NCBI GenBank assembly: GCA_041391365.1 | Contig: JAWKOC010000001.1 | Coordinates: forward strand, 130,068-194,067 | Source: Bdellovibrionota bacterium | GTDB lineage: Bacteria > Bdellovibrionota_G > JALEGL01 > JAGRMV01 | Length of the DNA: 64,000 bases | Direction: 5' to 3' | Part shown: positions 29,370 to 38,529 of the stretch, one piece after another | How the letters are laid out: each line of letters starts with the position of its first letter | How positions within the stretch are numbered: the stretch's first letter is position 1 | Translations under genes and position numbers: made by a program | The notes under the pieces: model-generated | What the model was told of the DNA's origin: nothing | The model's database searches: none | What the model saw: only the letters and a program-made list of their open reading frames with translations

Positions 29370-30100
29370 AACACAAAGAGGTTCAAGAGCTTGAAGCCAT
29401 TGTATTGGGAGTCATTCCCTATGGCGAATTCGATCAGATCGTGTCCCTCTATACAAGACAACATGGAAAAATTTCTGGGTTTGCACCTTCAGCCAAACGA
29501 AGCAAAAAGAGATTTGGTGGGTGTTTTCAAATCATGGCCAAACTTTTGGTCATTGCCTCACCGCCAGCATCCTCCCAAAAAACCTTATGGAGATTGCAGG
29601 AAGCAAAGCTGACCGATTTGTATTTGGGGCATCGAAGTCATTTGTTTTCTCTCTCAACCTTGAGCTATTTCTGTGAATGTGTTTCCACTTTTCTTCCCGA
29701 GGGCGATCCCAATGAGGCCATGTATGAATGGCTTTGCAATGTGTTGAAAGATTATCCACAAAACAATGATTTCGGCTCTATGTTTCGATTTGAAGTTGAA
29801 CTCCTCAGCGCGCTCGGATTTCGTCCGAGTTTGCATCAGTGTGTGGACTGCCTCAAAAATTTTGAAGACAAACGCAGACGTTTTTTTTCCTTTGAAAAAG
29901 GAGGAGTTGTTTGTGATCAGTGCAGTCGAGAGGGAGAAGGAAAAATGATTGAGTCATTTCCCAGTTTATTGACTTCCGAGATTTCTCGTTTGGATTTTAT
30001 TGCATGGATTCATACGTTCCATGATTTTTTGTCGTTCAACTCTGAAAAAACGTTAAAAAGCCAAAGCTTTAGAAATGAGATTTTGTATGAAAGCCTCTAA
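29366..30100 (+). CDS. recO: DNA repair protein RecO
   Basis: GTG start overlapping the nadK stop (GTGA). The N-terminal OB fold reads EAIVLGVIPYGEFDQIVSLYTRQHGKISGFA, and the C-terminal Zn motif is CVDC...CDQC. Confidence 0.85.
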   Translation: MKHKEVQELEAIVLGVIPYGEFDQIVSLYTRQHGKISGFAPSAKRSKKRFGGCFQIMAKLLVIASPPASSQKTLWRLQEAKLTDLYLGHRSHLFSLSTLSYFCECVSTFLPEGDPNEAMYEWLCNVLKDYPQNNDFGSMFRFEVELLSALGFRPSLHQCVDCLKNFEDKRRRFFSFEKGGVVCDQCSREGEGKMIESFPSLLTSEISRLDFIAWIHTFHDFLSFNSEKTLKSQSFRNEILYESL

Positions 30101-30893
30101 GTCATTTTCTCAGTTGGTGGAAATCATGGAAATCCTTCGTTCTGAACGTGGATGTCCTTGGGATCGAGAACAAACCCATCAAAGCATCGCCAAGTATTGT
30201 ATTGAGGAAGCCTATGAGGTGGTTGATGCCATTGAAAAACAAGATTGCAATGAATTGAAGAAGGAGCTTGGAGATTTGCTTTTGCAGGTTGTCTTTCATT
30301 CGCAAATGGCCAAAGAGTCTGAATTTTTTTCCATCGAGGATGTGATCAAGGCTATCAATGAGAAAATGATCTTTCGTCATCCTCATGTATTTGGGGATGT
30401 GGAGGTGACCTCGTCCGCGCAGGTCAAAGAAAATTGGGAAGCACTCAAACAACAAGAGAAGTCATCTCATTCGAAGAGAAATCATCGCATGGAAGGAATC
30501 CCTCAGAGTATGCCAGCACTTCTCAAAGCTTATCGTCTGGGTGAAAAAGCGGCCACAGTTGGGTTTGATTGGGATGATTCACAGGGTGTGCGAGAAAAAG
30601 TTAAGGAAGAGTGGAAAGAGTTTGAGCAGGCCCAAGGGGCAAAAGACCAAGAAGAAGAGTTTGGCGATCTTCTCTTTGCCATGGCTCAATGGGCTCGTCA
30701 TCATGGAATAGATCCAGAGCGATGTCTTCAAAAAGCCAACCAAAAGTTTTGTACCCGGTTCTCCCTCATGGAAGATGAGTTGGATCGACTCTCAAAGACA
30801 TTTTCTGACCTACAGTCCCATCAATTGGAACAGTTGTGGGATCAGATCAAAGAAAAAGAAAAGTCATCTATTGATCAAAATCCAACAAAATGA
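30087..30893 (+). CDS. mazG: Nucleoside triphosphate pyrophosphohydrolase MazG
   Basis: This is ORF 30075..30893. It has tandem MazG domains (RSERGCPWDREQTH, EEAYEV, ELGDLLLQVVFH, and a second EEFGDLLF). The start may be ATG 30087 or 30075. Confidence 0.85.
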   Translation: MKASKSFSQLVEIMEILRSERGCPWDREQTHQSIAKYCIEEAYEVVDAIEKQDCNELKKELGDLLLQVVFHSQMAKESEFFSIEDVIKAINEKMIFRHPHVFGDVEVTSSAQVKENWEALKQQEKSSHSKRNHRMEGIPQSMPALLKAYRLGEKAATVGFDWDDSQGVREKVKEEWKEFEQAQGAKDQEEEFGDLLFAMAQWARHHGIDPERCLQKANQKFCTRFSLMEDELDRLSKTFSDLQSHQLEQLWDQIKEKEKSSIDQNPTK

Positions 30894-31032
30894 CGGAGTC
30901 GCGAAGATCCTTCAGAACCCTCTGAAGATTTTGCTGGTATTCTGACACTGCACTTTGAATGTTGAGTTGGCATTCTTTCAATGCATTCTCATATTCTTTT
31001 CGAAAGTCGCTTTTTGGCATTTGTTCGGCCAT
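30868..31032 (-). CDS. Small hypothetical helical protein (54 aa)
   Basis: AAAGGAG lies 6 nt upstream of ATG 31032 (MAEQMPKSDFRKEYENALKE...). The 3' 26 nt overlap the mazG 3' end on the opposite strand. I recognise no family. Confidence 0.3.
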   Translation of the reverse strand: MAEQMPKSDFRKEYENALKECQLNIQSAVSEYQQNLQRVLKDLRDSVILLDFDQ

Positions 31033-31200
31033 GTGTTCTCCTTTGTTTGTACCCACAAAAGAATATTTCAAAGGTCATGCCAAAATGTCCTTCTGAAAAA
31101 GGTGTAAAAATGGATTAAAAACAGTTACTTAGAATGTTGCGCGACGTTATAGGCTGTGACACTGCACGGGACATGGGAGGAATGAATGTCCCATTCATGG

Positions 31201-32844
31201 CTACAACAGAATGAACATCATGCCGAGGAGCAGGCAGACCATGATCAACAACATGTAGATAGAAAACGAAATGGATTTGGCGTCGCTGGGTGAATCTGAA
31301 ATCATTTTTTGATACGTCGATTTTTCGGTTGCAAGCATCCATGTGTTGATGTGTTTGAGTGCGTTGACAATTTTTTTCCCGGCTTTTGCCAAGGGAAAGA
31401 GAATCAATGTGTCGACATCTTCATAGCCCTGATTGCTGGGGGTAAGCCATATTTTCGCAATCCAAAAACCAAGACCTACACCTCCCAGCAAAGAGACATC
31501 TGTCAGAAACAATTCCCAGTCATAGGGGTGAAAATCCACCACTCCCGGAAGACGAGAGTACAAAAGATCAGGAAAAACTCCCACCACAAAGCACATCAGT
31601 CCTACCACAGCCATAGCTATGATCATCGATCGAGGAAGAGGGGTTGGTTGATAGTCGGTGTGGTTGTTTTTGATGAACGTATAGTAAGGCAACTTCAATC
31701 CAACCGACAAAAAAGTTCCAACGCTTGCGGCTTTGAGTGTCCAAGCCAACCATGCGTACTGGTGGGCGGCTTCGATGACCATGCTTTTGCTGACATAACC
31801 ATTGAAAAAAGGGAATCCAGAAATAGATACAGCACCAATCATGTAAAAACAAAAGACCCATGGGAGCGCTTTTCCAAGGTTTCCGAGGGATGATATCTTT
31901 TCCCGACCGATCGCATGCACGACGGCTCCTGCGGACATGAACAATAGTGATTTGTACAAAATGTGGCAAACTGCATGAGCTGCACTACCTTGCAGACTCA
32001 GGGTCGTTCCCAATCCAACCCCACAAACCATGAAGCCTACCTGACTTACGATGTGATACGACAAAAGGCGACGAATGTTGTTTTCCATCAACGCATAGAT
32101 GGCTCCAAACAAAGCCATGAAAGCTCCAATGACAACCAAAGGTGCAAAACCGGGAAAAAAACGAATCAGTGCATACACAGATGTTTTGGTCACAAACACG
32201 CTGAGAATCACGGACCCAAAGATGGAGGCTTTGGGATAGGCGTCTTTGATCCAGGTGTGGAATGGGAAACAGGCGGCATTGATCAAACAGGAGAACAAAA
32301 TAAAAAGCTGTGCAGGGTGGTGTATGCTTCCATAAGAAAACGGCAGATGATCGCGAATGGCCCATGCCACACCGACCATGAGCATGCCACCTCCCAGAGA
32401 ATGATAGATAAGATATCGAAGGCCTGCGCTTTTGGCGCTTTTTCCTGGTCCCATCCATACGATAAAAAAGGAAGCCAAGGACATCAGCTCCCAGTATACG
32501 AAAAATTCGATCCAGTGTTGTGCAAGAACAACTCCAATGGCCATCAAGGCATGGAAGATCATTGTTAGCACTTCAGATTTATGGCTGCTCGTCCAGGAAT
32601 AGACGCTTGCGGTGGCAAGGACAAACAAATAGGTCGTGGCAAAAAGTTTTTGCAGGGGTTGTACAGAGTCTATGGCAAACAGAGATGGAAAAAAACCATG
32701 CCACGAAAAGGGCCAAGACCATTCCAAAAACCACGCGAAACACAATAGGGTTGACACAACCATGGTGGTTGCTTGAATCCATTTTTGTTTTGAAAACAAA
32801 AAAACAGGAAAAAGAATCAAAAACAAACTCAGTGGATGAATCAT
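31201..32844 (-). CDS. Mrp/NuoM/NuoN-type proton-conducting antiporter-like subunit (third copy, C-terminal extension)
   Basis: This is ORF 31201..32907. The start was chosen at MIHPLS (ATG 32844), with GGAGGAG 7 nt upstream. It is polytopic, with the Proton_antipo_M-like core (FPFHTWIKDAYPKAS..SVILSVFVTKTSVYALIRF). Confidence 0.8.
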   Translation of the reverse strand: MIHPLSLFLILFPVFLFSKQKWIQATTMVVSTLLCFAWFLEWSWPFSWHGFFPSLFAIDSVQPLQKLFATTYLFVLATASVYSWTSSHKSEVLTMIFHALMAIGVVLAQHWIEFFVYWELMSLASFFIVWMGPGKSAKSAGLRYLIYHSLGGGMLMVGVAWAIRDHLPFSYGSIHHPAQLFILFSCLINAACFPFHTWIKDAYPKASIFGSVILSVFVTKTSVYALIRFFPGFAPLVVIGAFMALFGAIYALMENNIRRLLSYHIVSQVGFMVCGVGLGTTLSLQGSAAHAVCHILYKSLLFMSAGAVVHAIGREKISSLGNLGKALPWVFCFYMIGAVSISGFPFFNGYVSKSMVIEAAHQYAWLAWTLKAASVGTFLSVGLKLPYYTFIKNNHTDYQPTPLPRSMIIAMAVVGLMCFVVGVFPDLLYSRLPGVVDFHPYDWELFLTDVSLLGGVGLGFWIAKIWLTPSNQGYEDVDTLILFPLAKAGKKIVNALKHINTWMLATEKSTYQKMISDSPSDAKSISFSIYMLLIMVCLLLGMMFILL

Positions 32845-32964
32845 ATCAAGACTCCTCCGATTCAAGAGATCGATTCCGCAAGATGGGTTTGAGTAAAAAG
32901 CGAACAAGAATGGTCAGCCCTAGACTCGCAACCCATCCAAATCCAAAATAGATAAGAATATTCT

Positions 32965-34449
32965 TCATGGTACGATCGCCCCTGTGGTCAAAAGAGCAAG
33001 CTGATAAAAAGAAAACAAAAAATCAGGCTGAATTCCAAGAACGATCACCATCAGAGTACTGATTCCAATGGGAAGCCAAAGTGACCATGAACCCTCTTTG
33101 AAAAAATCTCCCGAAGGTCGGGCATGAAAAAAGGCTTTGTAGATGATGGGAAAAAAATAAGCAATGTTGAGCAAGGTGCTTGCAATCCAAACCCAAACCC
33201 ATCCGCCGTGAACGGGTCGAAGTGATCCGGTGATCAACTGCCATTTGGAAACAAATCCTACAAACAGAGGAATCCCAATCATGCTCAAACATCCGACAGA
33301 AAAGCATACAAATGTGATGGGGAGATTTTTCCCCAACCCTTCCATTTGTTCAATGTCCGTCTTTCCTGTCTGAATCTGTATGGATCCAGCGCCAAAAAAC
33401 AAAGTGATTTTCATGAATGCATGGGCAACCATGTGAAAAATTGCACCGAGCACAGCCGCTGTGGTTCCAATGGCCATTCCCAGCAAAATGTATGAAAGCT
33501 GGCTAATGGTGGAATACGCGAGAATTTTCTTCATTTGCGTTTCTCCAAGTGCACGGGTAGAGGCGAACAAAATCGTGAAGGCCGCAAGAAAACCGAGAAC
33601 AAGGTCCAAGTGTAGGGCCTTCATGGTCTCAATGCCATACAAAAACCCAATGACTCTACAAAGAGCAAATACACCTGATTTGACGACGGCGACCGCATGC
33701 AAGAGAGCGCTGACAGGGGTAGGGGCGATCATGGCAGACGGCAGCCACGAGTGTAGGGGGAACAAAGCTGCTTTTACGCCGAATCCAATCATGAAAAGTC
33801 CAAAAATCACCACCAGAGCGACAGAATGTTCACTGTACATGGAAAAGGCGTAACCACCAGGGTGGAAACTTGTTGTGTGAAATAGATGATAAAACGCGAT
33901 CATGGCAATCAAAATGAGCTGTCCTGCCCCTAGGGTGTAGAGCAAATACTGGCGACCCGCTCGGGTTGCTGCTTCACTTTGCTGGTGCATGACCAACGGG
34001 TAAGTAGATAGAGTGAGAATTTCATATCCAACAAACAAGGTCAGCATGTTTCCGGATAGGGCAACCATGAGTGTGGAAAAAATACATATGGAAAAGAAAA
34101 AAGCAAAACGGGTTTGGTGTTTGTATTGTCCTCCACGCATGTAACCTACAGAATACAAACTGGTCAAAAGCCACAGAAATGAGGCTAGCGTCGCAAAAAG
34201 AAGACCGAAAGAGTCCAACGTGAATTCAATGGATCCATTCAACCAAGAGGGTCCTTGTGCTTGAATCACAGAACCTTCATTGATCATAGGAAACATCTGA
34301 AAAAAAAGAATCAGTTGAACAAGCGCTGCGATCATGGGCAGGGCATCTCTAACGTTGGCTCTTTTTTGAAAAACCAAAATGCCAAGACTGCTCCATAGAG
34401 GGCAAGAAAGAGCTAACCATAGTAGGTGTTGTTTTTCCAGCGTATTCAC
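32965..34449 (-). CDS. NuoL/MrpA-type antiporter-like subunit (lacks the MrpB-like C-terminal domain)
   Basis: This is ORF 32965..34773. The start was chosen at GTG 34449 (GTGA overlap with the upstream stop, GAGG 8 nt upstream); the alternative is ATG 34476. The motif WLPSAMIAPTPVSALLHAVAVVKSG is typical of NuoL/MrpA. Confidence 0.8.
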   Translation of the reverse strand: MNTLEKQHLLWLALSCPLWSSLGILVFQKRANVRDALPMIAALVQLILFFQMFPMINEGSVIQAQGPSWLNGSIEFTLDSFGLLFATLASFLWLLTSLYSVGYMRGGQYKHQTRFAFFFSICIFSTLMVALSGNMLTLFVGYEILTLSTYPLVMHQQSEAATRAGRQYLLYTLGAGQLILIAMIAFYHLFHTTSFHPGGYAFSMYSEHSVALVVIFGLFMIGFGVKAALFPLHSWLPSAMIAPTPVSALLHAVAVVKSGVFALCRVIGFLYGIETMKALHLDLVLGFLAAFTILFASTRALGETQMKKILAYSTISQLSYILLGMAIGTTAAVLGAIFHMVAHAFMKITLFFGAGSIQIQTGKTDIEQMEGLGKNLPITFVCFSVGCLSMIGIPLFVGFVSKWQLITGSLRPVHGGWVWVWIASTLLNIAYFFPIIYKAFFHARPSGDFFKEGSWSLWLPIGISTLMVIVLGIQPDFLFSFYQLALLTTGAIVP

Positions 34450-35894
34450 GGCTGATACCTCGTCAGTTGTGACCATGATAAGAGCTGATTGAGAAGTCCA
34501 ACTTGTAACATGAGGAGAACCAATGCAACGGCAATGGGCGCATAAACGTTCCAATGAGGTTTTGATGAAGAAGACTCTGTCCATGGAGTGTGCGGAAAAA
34601 ACATGATTTCGATCATTCGAAGAGTGTAGAGAAGAGAGGTCATGGCCCCGATGGCGATGATCGCAATCACAACCCAGTGCCCTTGAGTCATGGCACTTTG
34701 AATCAGCATCCATTTGACAAAAAATCCGGGCAAAGGAGGAATTCCAATCAAGGAAAGCAGAGCCATACAGCATGCCAATGTGATTAACTTTGAATGTTTG
34801 GGTAGGTTTGCCATGTGAAGAACATCATAGGAACCCCATTGTGAGTTCATTTCGTCAGCCACAAAAAACAATGTCAATTTCACCACGGCATGATGAAAAA
34901 TTTGTAAGATCGCTGCGTAAAGTCCTAGTGAAGATCCTTCGGCCAATCCCACGATGATGTATCCAATTTGAGAAATGCTGGAATACGCAAGGATTTTTCG
35001 CAAGTCCTTTTGCTTGGACGCCAACAAAGGAGCTAAGGCAATGGAAACCCAGGCCAGAATACCAAGATACGAAAGAAGTTTGAGGGCCTCTTCTCCGTGT
35101 CCCAACATGGAGTAAAAAATACGCAAAAGAAAAATGCAAAACACTTTGGTGACGATCGATGCAATGAAACCCGTGTTTTGTGCTTTGGAATTCCCATAGG
35201 TATCAATCAACCAAAAATGTAGTGGAAACAATGCGGTCTTGATGGAAAATCCCACCACCATCAATCCGATGCCAATTTTGTTGGGAAGATCTTCGAGATC
35301 AATCAAACTGACCAGGTCACTCATGTTCAGTGAACCGCATTGCGAGTACACAAATGCCAAGCCGATGAGGTAGAGAGAAGCGGCGACCGTATTGACCGCA
35401 AGGTATCGAAAGACAGATAAGTAGCTTCGAGGTTCATTTGGATCGCTGAGCAGCCCATAGAGGCAAATGGAACACACTTCTAAAAACACATAAAAATTGA
35501 AAAAATCTTGTGTAAGAATCATTCCATAGAGAGACATCTGAAGAATGAAAAATAAACTTCGATGTAGGGCAGGTTGTTTGTGAAACGAGTACGTCCATGA
35601 CAATAAAGATAGTGTAGAAACCAAGGTGCAAAATGCAACAGCAAATCGATCGACGTAAAAGGTGATTCCCCACGGAGCAGGCCATCCCCCAAAAAAATAT
35701 TCGAGGGGTTTGTGATGTCCGAGATATCTCCACATGGAGATGTTCACTGTCAAGCTCAGCAAAAGACACACCCAAGAGATGAATTGCACTCCTACAGATT
35801 TTTTGGTTCTGTGAAAAACCAATGCATTGGCCATTCCTCCGATGAAGGAAAGCAAAATGGCCAGCGGAACCAACTGTTCAATCCCATGTTTCAT
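34446..35894 (-). CDS. mrpD: MrpD/NuoN-type antiporter-like subunit
   Basis: This 482-aa polytopic ORF has an ATGA overlap with the mrpC stop and a Proton_antipo_M-like core (FPLHFWLIDTYGNS). Confidence 0.8.
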   Translation of the reverse strand: MKHGIEQLVPLAILLSFIGGMANALVFHRTKKSVGVQFISWVCLLLSLTVNISMWRYLGHHKPLEYFFGGWPAPWGITFYVDRFAVAFCTLVSTLSLLSWTYSFHKQPALHRSLFFILQMSLYGMILTQDFFNFYVFLEVCSICLYGLLSDPNEPRSYLSVFRYLAVNTVAASLYLIGLAFVYSQCGSLNMSDLVSLIDLEDLPNKIGIGLMVVGFSIKTALFPLHFWLIDTYGNSKAQNTGFIASIVTKVFCIFLLRIFYSMLGHGEEALKLLSYLGILAWVSIALAPLLASKQKDLRKILAYSSISQIGYIIVGLAEGSSLGLYAAILQIFHHAVVKLTLFFVADEMNSQWGSYDVLHMANLPKHSKLITLACCMALLSLIGIPPLPGFFVKWMLIQSAMTQGHWVVIAIIAIGAMTSLLYTLRMIEIMFFPHTPWTESSSSKPHWNVYAPIAVALVLLMLQVGLLNQLLSWSQLTRYQP

Positions 35895-36241
35895 CTTTGC
35901 TGTTCCAAAATTTCTTCTTCGTCGAGGCTGCCATAGTTTTCGTGGATTTTGAGCATCAACGCTAAGGCTACGCCCGTGGTAGCCAAACTCACCACAATGG
36001 CGGTGAGCATCAAGGCATGAGGCAAGGGATTGACGTAAAATTGGGCTCCAGGTGTTTCAATGGGAGCCAATGCGTTTTTTCGATACGCCAATGAAATGAA
36101 CAAAAAAATCACCCCAACCTGACGAATATTCATGGCAATGATTTTTTTGAGAAAATGTTTTTTCAGCAAGAGTCCATACATTCCCAAGAGGATCAGTGCG
36201 AAAATGATTCCATAGTGAAGTTGGTGGAGAAGCATGTTCAT
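35891..36241 (-). CDS. mrpC: MrpC/MnhC (NuoK-like) subunit
   Basis: This is the 116-aa 3' part of ORF 35891..36505, starting at MNMLLHQ (ATGA overlap with the mrpB stop). It has three TM helices and NuoK-like composition. Confidence 0.8.
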   Translation of the reverse strand: MNMLLHQLHYGIIFALILLGMYGLLLKKHFLKKIIAMNIRQVGVIFLFISLAYRKNALAPIETPGAQFYVNPLPHALMLTAIVVSLATTGVALALMLKIHENYGSLDEEEILEQQR

Positions 36242-36672
36242 GACGAGTGGTCTCCACGAAGGACCTGGTAAATCAAATAGGAGGTGGCAAAAACCGTAAT
36301 GGTCACACCCATTTCGATCCCAAGGGAACCAAACGCACGAACATGACCAACAGCTTCTGTGGAGGTTGTCAACGCACTGTAATCCAAAAATGGCTTGGAA
36401 CGAAGGAGGGCAATCATTCCGATCAAAAAATACACACAAACTCCGAGACATCCCATGACCACAAGAAATGCATGTGATGGACGCAAAGGGTTTTTTGCGC
36501 CCCAAATCAGATCCAAAAGAATCATGGCCATGGTCAAAAGAATACCACCCTGAAATCCTCCGCCAGGACTGTAATGACCGTGAATCACAACGTAGATGGC
36601 AAAAAGCAACATAAAGGGAAAGTGGATTCGCGCCGTAAGCGCAAGCAAGGTAGAACCAAAACCTTTATTCAT
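36238..36672 (-). CDS. mrpB: MrpB/MnhB subunit
   Basis: This is ORF 36238..36687. The motif HGHYSPGGGFQGG is typical of MnhB. The start was chosen at ATG 36672. Confidence 0.8.
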   Translation of the reverse strand: MNKGFGSTLLALTARIHFPFMLLFAIYVVIHGHYSPGGGFQGGILLTMAMILLDLIWGAKNPLRPSHAFLVVMGCLGVCVYFLIGMIALLRSKPFLDYSALTTSTEAVGHVRAFGSLGIEMGVTITVFATSYLIYQVLRGDHSS

Positions 36673-36943
36673 GATCTTTGACTCCAAGCAGACTCAATGC
36701 AACCAATCCCGCGCAAAAGATCACGATGGTTTCCCCAAAGGTATCAAAACCTCGATAGTCCGCGAGAACAGCCGTGACATAGTTGGCAGCTCCTGTTTCT
36801 TCATGACTCTTTTCAATGTATCGTGGAGATACGTGGTGAAAGGAGGCAACTTTTTTTACGTTTCCGAGTGTGGGAATGTGTGCGACAAAGGAAAAAAACA
36901 CACAGCCAATCACGATCAAGATCAAATGTGCGGCAATTTTCAT
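36665..36943 (-). CDS. Small MnhB-domain subunit (MbhE-like; equivalent to part of the MrpA C-terminus)
   Basis: This 92-aa ORF carries the motif NYVTAVLADYRGFDTFGE and has an ATGA overlap upstream. Confidence 0.65.
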   Translation of the reverse strand: MKIAAHLILIVIGCVFFSFVAHIPTLGNVKKVASFHHVSPRYIEKSHEETGAANYVTAVLADYRGFDTFGETIVIFCAGLVALSLLGVKDHE

Positions 36944-37191
36944 GAAGTTTTGTCCTTTGTGGATTTGGTTCTGTGAAGAATGATCATAAAATAGAGTGTG
37001 GTGATGGCCGCACCAATGGAAGCTTCCGTAAAAGCAACATCCAAGGCTCCCAAATCTGTGAAAAGCAAAGCCGAAAAAAAACTAAATGTGGAAAATACAA
37101 TCACGGCTGTTTTGATGGAGGAACTTTGCAAGGCCATAGCTGCGCAAAGCAGAACGAGCAGCAATAGAATTACACTCAAGATCATGCTCAT
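36940..37191 (-). CDS. Small DUF4040/MbhD-like membrane subunit
   Basis: This 83-aa ORF has three hydrophobic helices and the motif DVAFTEASIGAAITT. It has an ATGA overlap with the mrpG stop. Confidence 0.6.
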   Translation of the reverse strand: MSMILSVILLLLVLLCAAMALQSSSIKTAVIVFSTFSFFSALLFTDLGALDVAFTEASIGAAITTLYFMIILHRTKSTKDKTS

Positions 37192-37499
37192 AGAATTTGC
37201 TCCTTGGAGGGTTTGTCATGAATGGGAAGCCCTGATTTCAAGGCGGATCTTCCCAATGCATGGGCCACAATCGGGTTGACGACAAAAAAGAATCCAAGAA
37301 TGCACAAAATTTTGATGGCAACCAAATTCCATCCCACATGGACGGCCAACGCCAAAAGCATCAGACTCACTCCCAACGTATCTGATTTTCCAACGGCATG
37401 CAGACGAGCATAAAAATTGGGGAGGCGAAGCACTCCGATGATGCCCACAAAGGTGAAGAAGAATCCCAAAACAAAAATCAATGCCACCAGAGGGTTCAT
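37188..37499 (-). CDS. mrpG: MrpG/MnhG subunit
   Basis: This 103-aa ORF carries IGVLRLPNFYARLHAVGKSDTLG, typical of MnhG/PhaG. Confidence 0.8.
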   Translation of the reverse strand: MNPLVALIFVLGFFFTFVGIIGVLRLPNFYARLHAVGKSDTLGVSLMLLALAVHVGWNLVAIKILCILGFFFVVNPIVAHALGRSALKSGLPIHDKPSKEQIL

Positions 37500-37774
37500 G
37501 AACGCTCCTCCGGCTGGTGTTCAAAAAACTTGGCAAAAATCAAAGAGCCGATGAACCCAATGATGGCATAGGTCAGGGCAATATCTACATAGAGAGAGAC
37601 TTGGTCTTTGATGATTCCAAGCAAAATGATCAGTACGATGGTTTTGGTTCCAATCAAGGCCGATCCGGTGAGCCGATCAAAACTGGTTGGGCCTTGAATG
37701 ACTCGGACCAGTGACAGCAACATCGAAAGCCCGATGATCAAGGCCATGCTCTGAAAAAATACTTCACGAAGCAT
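37496..37774 (-). CDS. mrpF: MrpF/MnhF subunit
   Basis: This 92-aa ORF carries VIQGPTSFDRLTG, typical of MrpF/PhaF. Confidence 0.8.
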   Translation of the reverse strand: MLREVFFQSMALIIGLSMLLSLVRVIQGPTSFDRLTGSALIGTKTIVLIILLGIIKDQVSLYVDIALTYAIIGFIGSLIFAKFFEHQPEERS

Positions 37775-38285
37775 GTGTGGTTCCTTGTGAGGTCACAAAA
37801 TGTTTTGCGATTCGGTCTTCCATTTCGATGTGCTGCTCAGGATCTGAGGGTGACGGACGAAGTCCCTGGGCACTTTTGTCGTTGAGGGCATGAATCAGCA
37901 ATCGATCCTCTTCGAAATCGAGGGTTACTGTGCCTGGGGTCAATGTGATGGAGTTTGCAAAGATCAGGCGAGGCAGACCTTCGGGCAGTTTGGTTTGGAT
38001 GGTAAAGGTTTGCAACTGCAAATCCATAGTGGGTTTGAGAACCGCAATGGCCACCTGGATGTTGGCTTTGACGATTTCTATCAAGAGCCAAGGAAAATAG
38101 GCGAAGATGAGTCCCAATTGGCGCAGGGTAAATGGGTACACCCGATCATACGTGGTCGTGGAAAAGATTTTTCGGGTGAACAATGTTATGCCGACCGATG
38201 CAAAAAAACCGAGTCCTAGGTGAAACGTGTCGAATTTTTGGGACAAGATCATCCAAAAGAAAAACAATGTGATGGCCAGAGACAT
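37764..38285 (-). CDS. mrpE: MrpE/MnhE subunit (first gene of the operon)
   Basis: This 173-aa ORF carries IVKANIQVAIAVLKP and ANSITLTPGTVTLD, typical of MnhE. Confidence 0.8.
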   Translation of the reverse strand: MSLAITLFFFWMILSQKFDTFHLGLGFFASVGITLFTRKIFSTTTYDRVYPFTLRQLGLIFAYFPWLLIEIVKANIQVAIAVLKPTMDLQLQTFTIQTKLPEGLPRLIFANSITLTPGTVTLDFEEDRLLIHALNDKSAQGLRPSPSDPEQHIEMEDRIAKHFVTSQGTTHAS

Positions 38286-38529
38286 CTAGCTTGAGGTGGT
38301 ACCGCAAAACTGCAAAAATTTGAATGAAAATCGAGATTTGAACCTCAGAGGGGCAAGGTCCTGGAAACCTATCGTGGCCTCAGACCTGTTACCATACATC
38401 TCATGGCCTTTGCTCCTCAGGAAATCACTGGCTTTGAATTGACTAAAAAGACATTTTTATTGCATTTTTATGCGTTATTGAATAATCAGAAACCCTTTGT
38501 TTTCAGGCAACGTCGTTCGGGAGATTGAC

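Noticed and set aside
31168-31192. An inverted repeat (GGGACAT-N11-ATGTCCC) just downstream of the last Mrp gene, considered as a terminator.
   Set aside because: No U-tract follows it on the minus strand, so it is not a convincing intrinsic terminator. It is recorded only as a hairpin.
38324-38404. A tRNA-like fragment on the minus strand in the mrp-nhaC gap. It contains GGTTCAAATC and a possible 6-bp acceptor pairing (ATGAGA/TTTCAT).
   Set aside because: The T-stem forms only about 2-4 pairs. I could not build D or anticodon stems. The 81-nt length and the loops do not fit a cloverleaf. It is probably coincidence or part of another structure.
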